64,000 nucleotides of DNA from NCBI RefSeq assembly GCF_009914755.1, contig NC_060947.1; one strand, 5' to 3'. Made by a program: the position numbers and the translations under genes. The stretch comes from the human T2T-CHM13v2.0 reference genome, Homo sapiens. Below the pieces are notes generated by a model, which was not told the origin of the DNA, ran no database searches, and was given only the letters and a program-made list of their open reading frames with translations. Of this stretch, positions 1 to 30,735 are shown piece after piece (position 1 is the first letter of the stretch; each line of letters opens with the position of its first letter).

Positions 1-185
1 CCTAATCTCAAGTACCCAGGGACACAAACACTGCGGAAGGTGGAAGGCGGCAGGGCCCTCTGCCTAGGAAAACCAGAGACCTTTGTTCACATGTTTATCT
101 GCTGACCTTCCCTCCACTATTGTCCTATGACCCTGCCAAATCCCCCTCTCCGAGAAACACCCAAGAATGATCAATAAATACTAAA
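1..185 (+). mobile_element. 3' end (SINE-R region) of an SVA retrotransposon, cut off by the window start; antisense to WNK3
   Basis: Matches the recalled SVA/HERV-K-derived SINE-R terminus (cccagggacacaaacactgcggaagg...ccctgccaaatccccctctccgagaaacacccaagaatgatcAATAAA, signal at 173-178). It stops just after the signal instead of continuing into LTR U5; a (TA)n tract follows at ~186-206. Confidence 0.85.
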
Positions 186-785
186 ATATATATATATATA
201 TATATATTTTGCAGCACCCTGGAAAGATTTCTATTTCCCAAGTGTGGTGGAGATTTGATTTCACTCAAAGCTCTGCTCACCTGGCAGTGGAAGAGCATAG
301 TGGGATGGAGAGTAGGGGGCTACCTGCAAGGCATTACTGAAACTATGGGAAAGTGCAGGCAACAACTCAGCTGCCTAAGGCTGAGATTTCAGTTGGGGCA
401 AATAAGAACCTAGACTAGAATTAAAAGGGAATTCTGGGAGAACTAGATGACCATAAGAAACTTTGAAAACCTCTAACATATTCTTGGCAATATAAAAGTC
501 TGGCATGCCCACGAAAGACCTAAGAAAGGAGAAGGTGCCAATCACTCACTTCTGGTTGACCTTGAGTTCCTAGGCAAGCAGGAAGTAAATCAAAGGTTGT
601 CTTACAAACTGTCTGAAGTTTGATCTCTAACAGAGATCCCTTTGGAAAAGATATCCAGGCAAGGCACTTAGTGAACTCTTCTGACCAATCATGGCTCATC
701 ACTAAACGGCACTAGCCCAGGTGTGAACCTTGGGAAACCAGGCTTAAAAATTAAAAATAAATAAATAAAAACAAATCCAACAGGG

Positions 786-1650
<865 letters not shown>

Positions 1651-1669
1651 GGCTCTTTGAAAAAGAAAA

Positions 1670-8330
<6,661 letters not shown>

Positions 8331-8334
8331 AATA

Positions 8335-14700
<6,366 letters not shown>

Positions 14701-15187
14701 CACAAAATAAGTTGAGGAATCCCAAAGACAGCCTCCAGAGACATGTTTTTACCATGAGATCATACTTCTCTGGCCATGCTTACTTAGAAACAGGTGGACA
14801 CCTGACTGTAGAACAGCCCAACTATAGGCCAGGCAATGGGCTCTGACCCATTTCTTGGCATGAAAAAGATGAGCAGGGACAGTCAAATTTTCTGTCCCTG
14901 GAATCTAACAAAGGTCAGTTAAATAAGGACCTGAAAGTGAAAGAATGCTTTGGGATCACGAGTAACCAGTGTTATCTAACAGTTTTGGGAAAGCAGAAAC
15001 TATGCATAAAATGAAGCCATTTGGGAATGAAACAGAATAAAATAAAGTATAGCTATTAGTGATACTGCATCAGACTGAAGGTTCATGTACTTCTGCTATT
15101 AAATCCCCAGAGCTGCCTTCAATCTAAGTCTACCCCTTAATTCTGTCTTTACAAGATCATCCAAGTACAGTTCCTTTTCTTGGGTTC

Positions 15188-15696
15188 TGTATTAGTTGTC
15201 TATTGTTGTTGTAACTAATTACCACAAACTTAGTGGCTTCAAACAACACAAATTGATCTTATAGTTCTCTAGGTTACAAGCCTAACATGGGCCTCACTGG
15301 CCTAAAATCAAGGTGTTGCCAGGACTGTGTTCCTTCTGAAGGCTATAGGAGAGATGTGTTCCCTGGCCTTTCCAGCTTCCAGAAGTTGCCTCCATTCCTT
15401 GGTCTGTGGCACTCTTCCTCCATCTTCAAAGCCAGCAATGTTGCACCTTTCTGACACTGTTTCCCTTTTCTCTGACTCTTCTGTGTTTCTTCTCTTCTAC
15501 TTTTAAAGATCCTAGTGATTTTACACTGGACCTACCTGGATAATCCAGGATAATCTCCCTATCTTAGAGTCAGCAGATTAGCAACTTTAATCCCATCTGC
15601 AAGCTTAATTCTCCTTTGCCATATATCCTACCATGGTCACAAGTTTCAGAGATTTGCACATGGACGTTTTCGGGGGGAATTATTCTGCCTACGACA
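15188..15696 (-). mobile_element. MLT1-family (ERVL-MaLR) solo LTR
   Basis: tgtattagtt...taactaattaccacaaacttagtggcttcaaacaacaca...attctgcctacgaca is the typical MLT1 reverse-strand pattern; near-TSD ggttc/agttc. Confidence 0.8.
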
Positions 15697-15899
15697 AGTT
15701 CCATTGGGATTTCACATATGTCCTTACAATACATCCTTAACCCCCACCTTGACTATGCACATATAACCAAAGAGGCCTGACCTGATTAACAACTTCTATA
15801 TTAGTTAAGTAGAGATTGATGCTCTTATTTTTCAAAGTCAAAGAAGTATATTTTACTAATATTCTTATAACTAATAAAGATCTCTTCAGATAAGAGCAT

Positions 15900-16230
<331 letters not shown>

Positions 16231-16693
16231 TAGCTAGGCTGGTCTCGAACTCCTGACCTCAGGCGACAGGCCCACCTCAGCCTCCCAAAGTGTTGGGATT
16301 ACAGGCGTGAGCCACTGCGCCTGGCCGAGTATAATTTTAAGATTATCTTGTTACCAACAAACTCTCCAACAAACTCTAAATGCTAGACCAGAAGTTCCCA
16401 CTGACTGATAACATTTCAAAAATTATTGTGGGGATTGGCATTGGGCTTCCAGCTGCTGGTTTTCCAAATAAAAGCATGAACCATACTCAGCTTCTCTTTA
16501 CAATCTATCAATTATCCTAATCATTACTACATAAAAGGACATTTAACATCAAAAACAGAAAATAATCTCAGAATAATGTGTACTTCTTTAAATTATTTTA
16601 GCCTAATTAAAAATAAATTGTATTATAATCATTTTACTAATTTTGCTAATCTTGGACTAGATTTTTTAAAAATTACTTTTATGACTGATTTAC

Positions 16694-16905
16694 CTGTAGC
16701 AACTATGCCATTGTCCACATGTGTCAAGGACTGGGGGCGGCTTCGAAGTTTGCTTTTGAAAGATCTTGGTCGACGTGGTGATGCAGGTGGCAAAGGAATC
16801 TCAGTAGATTGGGTTTTGCTATCTTTAATTGACCGAAGGCGTTCATAGAGCTCCTGCAGCTCCTTATTCTGCTGGGTTTGAAGATTTACCACCTCCTGAA
16901 TGTGT
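16694..16905 (-). CDS. WNK3: WNK3 coding exon (~21): [23 protein letters not shown]...GIVAT, C-terminal coiled coil with the HQ motif
   Basis: ttttcattcAG|A CAC ATT CAG...GCT ACA G|GTAAAT; 212 nt, phase 2-1; overlaps ORF 16629..16892. Confidence 0.97.
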
Positions 16906-17028
16906 CTGAATGAAAATCATGCAAAAAGCATTTTAATGGCACTGGCTCCATAAAGATGAGCCAAGAAACTCTAAACCAGTATAAGTAAAGTTTAACAAGG
17001 AATTTAGATTAAGAATGGGGAAATAGAG

Positions 17029-18800
<1,772 letters not shown>

Positions 18801-20013
18801 TTATTATAAAAAGTATCAGTGTACATATACTGTATAGTACTTAATATATAAGTTGACGTATACATAATGTAATGTCAAGCCTGTATATATATTTTAAAGT
18901 GGAATATCAGCCTTCTGGTGATGAATATTTAAAGTATATATTCACAATTTTCTTGCAAGCTCAAGTTAAAAACACTGAAACAAGTTAGAGAGAAAATATT
19001 ATAATTATCTATCATTGGAATGACAGTTTTGGGTTTTTTTCTTCTCTGGGCAAGGCCCTAGAAACTAAGAAATTTCCAAGGATTTTAACCTGCTTTAATT
19101 CTTGAAGCACTTGAACGTAGCATCCAAGTGGAGCATTATTCAAGCTTGTAAGAACTTGACTAAAATCCAGCTTTTTATTTTATTTTTTGAGATGGAGTCT
19201 CGCTCTGTCACCCAGGCTGGAGTGCAGTGGTGCGATCTCGACTCACTGCAACCTCTGCCTCCAAGGTTCAAGCAATTCTCCCTGCCTCAGCCTCCTGAGT
19301 AGCTGGGATTACAGGTGCGCGCCACCACGTCTGGCTAATTTTTGTATTTTTAGTAGAGACGGGGTTTTGCCATGTTGGCCAGGGTGGTCTCAAACTCCTG
19401 ACCTCAGGTGATCCACCCGCCTCGGCCTCCTAAAGTGCTGGGATTACAGGCATGAGCCACTGTGTCTGGCCAAATCCAGCTTTTTGCGTGCCTATTTAGT
19501 CCTCCCTGGTTCTCCCTGCTTTACAAATTGTTCAAGTCCCAGAACAGTGTGGAAATTCTCTAAAGCATAAGATATATTCAAAAATTGCTAGAGTTGGTTT
19601 CAACTTTTCAAAGTAAGGGCATGGGGTCGTCAATAGGAGGCTAGTAATTAACTTATGAGTATATACATATAATGGAATACTTTGAAACAGTCAAAAATAT
19701 AATGATACAGATATATATCCAAGATACTATGAAATGGTAAAGAAAACCAAGATATAAGAACAGTCTTGCAGTGTAAGTTACTATTTGGGGAACAAAGAAT
19801 GAAATATGCATATTTGTTTGTACAGTTATAGACTAACTGGATATACAAGAAACAGGTAATATTTATTGTGTCTAAGGAGAGAACCTGGATAGTTCAGCTG
19901 CAGTGCTAGGAGGGAGACTACTGGTTACCCTTTTGTACCTTTTGAATTTTGAACCATGTGGATAGAATTAGAATTCAGCAACTTAAATATGAATTTCTTT
20001 TCTTTTTTTTTAG

Positions 20014-20226
<213 letters not shown>

Positions 20227-20822
20227 TGAACTCCTGACCTCAAGTGATACACCTGCCTCTGCCTCCCACAGTGCTGAGATTACAGGCATGCGCCACCATG
20301 CCCAGCTGGCCTGAATTTCTTTTTTTTAAATGACCTATTTTATAAAACTAAATACAAAACAGCATTCTATTGACAAAATATATTATCATAATATCACTAG
20401 TGAAGGTTGATTACCTCAGTCACCAAATAATAAGCTTGATCTTGAAAGTATCTTACCTTTTCCTAAAGAAGATGAACCACTATCTCTGATTATAATAAAT
20501 CAGCTGTTTACTTATCAAATGTGAAATTATATAAGAATAGTTGTAAAATCTAAAACCAAAAGTCCTGAAGAATAAGGATTGTAAAGGTTAGCAAAAAGAG
20601 TAGTTAAATCATATTGGTAAATAAGCAACTGTAATAGTCTTGAGACTATGAAAACATTTTATATATAAGAACTTTTTCTCATTCATAAATGTTTAGCATT
20701 AGCATTCTTTGTAGTTTTCAATCATTAAAATGTCACCAATCCTAAATTAGTTACCAATCCAATACTAAGTTCTATAAAACCTAGGGCAACCAGATTTGTG
20801 ACAAAAGAGAAACAGTCCTTAC

Positions 20823-21436
20823 TTTTCTCGTAATCTTTGAAGCTCCACCTTCAAGTCCTCATCCTCTATTTCTGATTCATCATCACTGCTCATTGGGGAA
20901 GATGGCGAATAGAAGAGTGAACTCTGTGTTTGAGCATAAGCTTGTTCTTCGTGGTGTGGTAAGCACTGATTACTCTCTGGACCAGTCTTTGCCACTGACT
21001 TTCCACTGCCAGCAAGACTGGCTGAAAATTCACTATCAGAGCTAGGCTGTTTCCCAGCAGTCAATATCTCTCTCTCTTTAAGCAACAGTTCAGATCCAGA
21101 CTGCATGCTACTTCCTGTGGCTGAAGTTTCTTCAAATTCCTTTTCTGGGGTCACTGAAGATACATCAGTCTCACAAGCTGCGCTGAAAGATAAGAAGTTG
21201 TCACCTTGTTTGGGAACTCCTTTATTTTCTTTACAGGTTTCCTGAAGAGCTTGTAACTTCTCATAAGAAAACGAAGTTTTTGGATTTTGTGTGGCAGGTT
21301 CTATTTCTACCAACTGAGACTTTGCTGTTTTAATAAAGGCTTCTTCACTAGAATGGTTTGTCTCACTGAACACTGATATGTGTTCTATTCCAAAAGATGT
21401 CATTTTTGCTGACTGCTGCTGAGGAATTGTAATCAC
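20823..21436 (-). CDS. WNK3: WNK3 coding exon (~20): VITIPQQQ...[23 protein letters not shown]
   Basis: tttttatatctcAG|GTG ATT...CGA GAA AA|GTAAGG; 614 nt, phase 0-2; inside ORF 20819..21520. Confidence 0.97.
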
Positions 21437-21797
21437 CTGAGATATAAAAACGTAAAAGTGGTTAGCATAGCACAGACAAGTAGATGCTCTGCTGTGATGT
21501 ATATGTATTGATACTAGCAAAACTTAAAAATTTAATCTATACCCCCAAATTCACTCTTTCAATCAGGCCCCTTGGGTAAAGAGAGTGGGCATCATATTGC
21601 TCAAATAAAATTCCACAATTAGAGTTGCTGAGATTCTAAAGGACGTGAAATTACATTTATAAAAGAGGACCCACCCACCCGCCAAAAGAAAACCTATTTC
21701 TGTGCTCTCTACCAGCTATGAAAATCTCCATTTCTTTAGATTCATCTTTACTGATGGCTTCAAAAGGTGAGGGGATGCATGCAAGATGAACAAATTA

Positions 21798-22146
<349 letters not shown>

Positions 22147-22226
22147 TCATCTACAGACCAAGATCTCCACTGGCTGTTATATTTTATAATGCCCTTGTAG
22201 ATAAGGATTCAATCAAAGACACAAAC

Positions 22227-22357
22227 CTGGAACCGACCCCGCTGAAATGATCCACTCATCGCTTTACATCTATTCAAAGCCCTAGTATCAGCTGTGGACT
22301 CCCGTGTCAGAGGAATGGGATCAGGAGCAATTGCTGATCTCATCTCTTCTGTTTCCA
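22227..22357 (-). CDS. WNK3: WNK3 coding exon (~19): [44 protein letters not shown]
   Basis: aacttgcAG|TG GAA ACA...CGG TTC CAG|GTTTGT; 131 nt, phase 1-0; not in the ORF track. Confidence 0.95.
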
Positions 22358-22752
22358 CTGCAAGTTTTGCCAAATTGTAAGTAAAAAAGAGAAAATTGTT
22401 TGTTAAGACTAAATTTGTTTACATTACCAAAAATGAAGAAAAGTAGAAAAAGCTTAACTCCTGCTAGACAATTAAAAGGTGTTAATGTAATAAGCAACAT
22501 TGTATTAAGTCCCTAAGTCTAAATCAGACATTGCAAGATTTATCCCAAGACTTAGTATCTATATGAAATGAATAACCGGAAAACCAAATTAGTTACAAAA
22601 GGAAAAAATAAAATGGCAATGACATTAATGGGACATGTCACATACATGGGCTATGTGGAAAAAGTGGCAAGATTTGTATATGAACAACAAAAAAAATAAG
22701 TAAATGAAAAGTGATGTTACCTAGTCTATGTCCCTGACTGTAAGCACACTAC

Positions 22753-22984
22753 CTTGACGGACTTTTGATCTCTTGAAAAAGCTGGTTGACTGCCGTAGCC
22801 TGTATGCCCAGCTTTTTAATTTGCGAGTCCAGGATTTCTTGCTAATAGGATTTTTGAGACTAGGACAAGTAAAGCTTAGGCCAAAATATCCACCTCCTGT
22901 CTGCAGATGAATGGCTCCACCGCTTGACACAGCAGCAGGATAGGCCTCTGGATCCCCTGGAAGTGAAGCATCTGAGGACATCTC
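22753..22984 (-). CDS. WNK3: WNK3 exon 18, long form (EMSSDASL...KRSKVRQ); an alternative internal donor after 22894 gives a short form lacking 47 aa
   Basis: ctccattAG|GAG ATG TCC; donors GGA G|GTGGAT (exon end 22894) and CAA G|GTAGTG (22753) are 141 nt apart and both phase 1. Confidence 0.95.
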
Positions 22985-22995
22985 CTAATGGAGAC

Positions 22996-23045
22996 AAAAC
23001 AAAACAAAACAAAACAAAACAAAACAAAACAAAACAAAACAAAAC
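22996..23045. repeat. (AAAAC)10 microsatellite; reads (GTTTT)10 on the WNK3 strand and forms the exon 18 polypyrimidine tract
   Basis: Directly visible; ends about 10 nt upstream of the acceptor AG (22985-22986). Confidence 0.95.
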
Positions 23046-25395
23046 AACCGAGAAAAACCAAAGTGGTAATAATTTAGGTAAGGTGAAGCTTTTAAAAAAA
23101 AAAAAAAACGGAATTTCTTGTATAGACTAATCTTTAACCCAAAATAGAGTATTACGTATATAGTTGCATTAATAGTAGCATATCAGACTGAACCCAAAGT
23201 ACTCAATTTATAAAAAGCCTTGTTTCTTTAAAAATATTATTTAGACTTTAGTAAATAAAAGAGAAGATTATTAATCTTCTACCCCAGAATATTTTTCATC
23301 ATTATACAAACTTTGAAAACTGAAAATCAAATTAAAATTTCCTTCATATGTGCCAGTTTACTAAAAAGGTTACTAAAACTCCATGCTATTATCATGGAAA
23401 TTTTCATTTATGCCTATATTATTTAAGAGACTCAGTTAAAGATGCTTGAAACACATAAAAACAGAAAAAAACAAGATATCTAGGCACTTAGATTTACAGA
23501 GAAGTATCAGGAAATCAAGTTTCTTACTTTATGAAAGCATAGGGAAATTTATAAAGGACATCAAAATTACTTCAAAATCATGCTCTAAAAATTCTTGTTA
23601 ACGTCAGGCTATGCTGGCTATAAAATCAATCCCCTCTTCTTGTCCTTCTACTCCCCGCAAAAGGGCCCCAGATATAACTGTTGTATCTAAATGAGTGCTT
23701 TAAAGATAAATCCCCTATAATAATTAATATGAAAAGTTAGCACAGACAACCACAAATATTTTGGGAAACATGAGAAGGGTCACTACTAATCTAGAAGATT
23801 AAAAAAATATATAAAAGCACAAAGAATGGGATTTAGCATTTGCCTGAAAGAAGATAGCCTACATGGCAGTAAGTATGATGTCTTGGGTAAGCATTATTAC
23901 TACTTAGGGCAGGGCTGGGCGCAGTGGCTCACGCCTGTAATGCCAGCATTTTGGGAGGCTGAGGTGGGCAGATAACCTGAGGTCAGGAGTTTGAGACCAG
24001 ACTGGCCAACATGGTGAAACCCCGTCTCTACTAAAAATACAAAATCAGCCTGTCGTGGTGGTGCCTGCCTGTAATCCCAGCTACTTGGGAGGCTGAGGCA
24101 GGAGAATAGCTAGAACCCGGAGGCGGAGGTTGCAATGAGCCGAGATCGCACCATTGCACTCCAGCCTGGGCAACAAGAACGAAACTCTTGTTTCAAAAAA
24201 AAAAAAACAAAAAAACAAACACAAACTTATGGCAGGTCAGGACATATTAAAAATAAAATTGTAAGCAATCAGTTTTTACTTTCTGAAGTCTCATTTTAAA
24301 CTAGTAATAATTAGTTTCATGAGAAGAAAAAAATCAGTATTACAATTTAGAAAATGTTACATTGGTCCCACTGAAATTACAGAAAAGAATTTTAATATGT
24401 AGTAACTGGATCAAGATGGCAAATTAAATATTTGTTCTAGCCTTCCTTATCAATCCAAATTTACAGACACAACAGGAAAATATACATAGACACATGCATA
24501 TATGACTGACAGAGGAAAAAGTAGACCATGACATATGTAGGAATTGTTTCAAAATGCTGCAAACCTGAGTGGCTGATACGGGCAGCAGGAGAGAACCCTG
24601 GCCAACTAAAAAGATGAGTGGTAGGCTAGAATGCTTACAAAACTCTATCAGATCTATCTTCTGTCTCTTTCAATGTTATCTCTTAATGCTCTCCTGTTTA
24701 CTGGCCGCCTTTTGGTTCCTTGAACAGATCTCTGCCTATGACTGTCACCATCACATACAAGTCTTTCCCTGACTACCATATATAGGTTTAGTATCCATTT
24801 TCTTCTACTAGATGTAAACTCCACAAAAACAGAGGTTTTGACTTATTCACTGCTAAAGAGATATTTACTGAATGGAAGAATGAACTGGTTGGGATAACAA
24901 AGAAGGAACAGGCAGGCAGTTCTGTCCCTTCTCTCCCCACCTCCAGACCAAGCAAAGGGCAGCAGAGGCATGCGCCCCCAAATAAGAGCAGTAAGAGGAA
25001 AAGGTTTTGTGGCCAAGAAAGAGGTCAACGATGTAGGAAGGAGACGACATCCAGGAAGAAAGGTAAGCCCTCCTACATTTGGAGACTAGCTACTGGGCCA
25101 CCCTCCAGGCAGCATTAGAGATAAGTTACAAAATACAGTGCCAGGGAGCATGTCCCATACCTTTCCCACAATTACTGAAGGAAAGTTACGGTAATTACAT
25201 AAAACACTTACAGACAGATGAACAAGGAATCTCATGAGTGAAAAAGAAGAGAACACAACTAAGAATCACTAAACACCAAGGGAAAACTAACATTATAAGA
25301 AAATACTAAACTCGGCAAACAGAATAGCCAAGGAAATAGCATTAATAACACAGAATAAGACTTCAATATATTCAGAGAGATGTGTGAATATACTA

Positions 25396-28120
<2,725 letters not shown>

Positions 28121-28418
28121 AGAAATCACAAGACAAGTTTCCATATTTATAGAGCACAAAGAATATGAAATAAGATGAATAAACAATAAAGAGAATATAC
28201 CAAAGGCATCCAGTAGCCCTTTAAGTAGGTACTATTATCTCGATTTTACAGATGAGGAAATTAAGGCTGGGTAAAGGGTGTAGATAATTTGCCTAGTATT
28301 ACATAGTAAATGGCAAAGCAAGATTTTGAAACTGGTTTGTGGGGTTCAAAAGCTGTTTTCTTTCTAACACTGTTTCAATAAGAATGTTTTCATTTAAAAA
28401 ATATTACAAGTATTACAT

Positions 28419-28882
28419 TGTGAAAGGAAAACAAAAACTCAGGACCCTAATTCACTATGCCAAAAAGAAAAAAATTAAGCTGAAAGCTGAGTCATGCAAG
28501 AAACTGCATTTCATTTTGTTCCTAAGCAAACAGCTACAAATAAAAGGTTAAATATCTCCAGAGGTAGCTACCCTATGTTCACCTTATCTTATGTAAAGTG
28601 CTGATTTACTGAGCAAAATTGGGAGATGAATACATAATTGATTATTCTCCTACCTGCTCCTTTTCTCTTGCAACATGTGGATTACCATAACCTCCCTCTT
28701 TCCCCTCCAGCTTGCTTTTCTCCTTTAAATACTGAAGCCCTCAAAATCATCTTTGGAGAAAGGCACAGACCACAGACTGTATCTGTGATTCCATGTTTCC
28801 TTTCTTCTAGGCATGTCCCTAACCTTGGCAAAATAAAATTCTAAATTGATTGAGATCTGCCTTAGATATTTTTTGGCTTATA
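28419..28882 (+). mobile_element. ERV1 MER4-group solo LTR
   Basis: Begins TGTGAAAGGAAAA...ggaccctaattcactatgccaaa; AATAAA near the 3' end; 4-bp TSD acat (28415-28418 and 28883-28886); AP-1-type TGAGTCA at 28488-28494. Confidence 0.75.
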
Positions 28883-29032
28883 ACATGAATAACTGTTTTC
28901 TGTAAAAGATCTAAACCATTAGATAAAACAAAAATCCCTGTAACAACCCTCCTTCCCAGTCTCCCCTGGAAGATATCCACTAATATCAATTTATCTTTTC
29001 AGAACTTTTTTGTGCATTTATGTACATATATA

Positions 29033-29034
<2 letters not shown>

Positions 29035-29078
<44 letters not shown>

Positions 29079-29433
29079 CCTTTTTAAAAATACAGGCCAG
29101 GTGTGGTGGCTCATGCCTGTAATCCCACTGCTTTGGGAGACCAAGGCAGGAGCATTGCTTGAGGCCAGGAGTTCAAAACCAGCCTGGGCAACACTGCAAG
29201 CCCATGTCTCTACAAAAAGTTTAAAAATCAGCCAAGCATGGTAGCACGCACTTGTAGTCCCAGCTACTTGGGAGGCTGAGGCAAGGGGATCACCTAAACT
29301 CAGGAGGTTGAGGTTACAGTGAGCCACGATCATGCCACTGCACTCCAGCCTGGGTAATGGAGTGAGACCCTGTCTCAAAAACACACACACACATACACAT
29401 ACATACATATACACACACACACACATACACACA
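29035..29433. repeat. (TG)n tract, plus-strand Alu, then a (CA/TA)n tract
   Basis: Directly visible; the CA tract at ~29380-29433 reads as UG-rich in the WNK3 pre-mRNA. Confidence 0.9.
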
Positions 29434-30559
29434 CCTCATCATACTGTCTGAATTATTCTGCATATATTTTTCCTGATGATTTTTCCTGGAGATATGTCCA
29501 TGCTAAAATAAAGATGATAATAGCTAACATATATTTATAGGTCTACTTCATGCTTTTAAATTGCTTCATAGTATCAGTGTCCCTCAATTTCTATTTACAA
29601 ATATTTAAACTTGTTTGTGAATCCTTTCCTGTTACCAATAATCAAACAATGTTACACTGAACATTCTTATACATGTTCCTTTGTTCATATGTGCAAATAC
29701 TTCTCTCAGGTAGAATTTGACAGTGACATAGCTCAGTCACAGGAATGTACACATTTCTAACTTTCATAGTGTTAAATTGCCCTCCAAGTAGGCTGTACTG
29801 ATTTTATTCCTACCAACATAAAATGAAAATTACTGCGCCCAGCCATCAATTTCTTTAATATTTGCTAGTCTGATTAGCAAAAAACTATTTTTCCATAAAA
29901 TTTTGCCTTTCTCTCATTACTAAGAAAGTTGAAAATCTTTTCACATGTTTAGCAGGCATTTATATTTCCACTTCTGTGAAATGCACGTTCAGATGCTTTG
30001 GATATTCTTCCACTGAGTTGTCTGATCTTTTCTCAATGATTTGTAAGCATTCTTTATATATTTTAGAGTTAATATTTTGTCAGTTTTCTGAGAAAAAAGC
30101 TTGGAACAAAAATATATGCAAAAATAGGTTGCTATGAAAATGGAGCCAAGAATAAGAAAGATTTAAAAAATCAAATTCATGACTGCCAAATGAAAAATTA
30201 ACTGGATACAGCTGAATACCAAGAGAGTGATCTGAAATTTAAAAAGAAAAAAAAAACTGAAGACATATCTGAGAACATAAGGTTTTAAAAAATGAAATTA
30301 AAAGTGAGAGCAAGCTGTTAAGAAACATGGGGAATAATCCAAGAGGCCATATATCTCCTACAATTTCTAAATGGAAATAAGCAAGACAATGAAGGGGAAG
30401 AAAAAAAAGAAATGAAAATAGTTACCGGAGCTGAAAAAAGACACAAATCTTCAAATTCGAAACATCCACAAAAGTGATATACAAAATGAATGGGAAAGTG
30501 ATATACCAAGATACAGTCTGATAATCAGAGCTCTAAGATAGTTCCCTAAGAGCAACTAG

Positions 30560-30735
30560 ACCTGTGCTAACTGAATACAGTAGCCACTAATCACATGTGG
30601 CTGTCTAAATTTAAATTAATTAAATTAAATTAAAAATTCAGGCCCTCAGTTGCACTAGTCACATTTCAAGTGCTCAATAGTCATATCTGGTTAGTGGTTA
30701 CTGTATTGGATAGTGCAGATACAGAACATTTCCAC
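30560..30735. mobile_element. MER3-like hAT-Charlie MITE
   Basis: gtagccactaatcacatgtggct...ttgcactagtcacatttcaagtgctcaatagtcatatctggttagtggttac internal palindromic pattern. Confidence 0.7.

Noticed and set aside
16629-16693. Read-through of exon ~21 gives G-K-S, the same three residues that start the 30-nt exon
   Set aside because: The codons differ (GGT AAA TCA versus GGG AAA AGC) and the first is forced by the donor; most likely coincidence.
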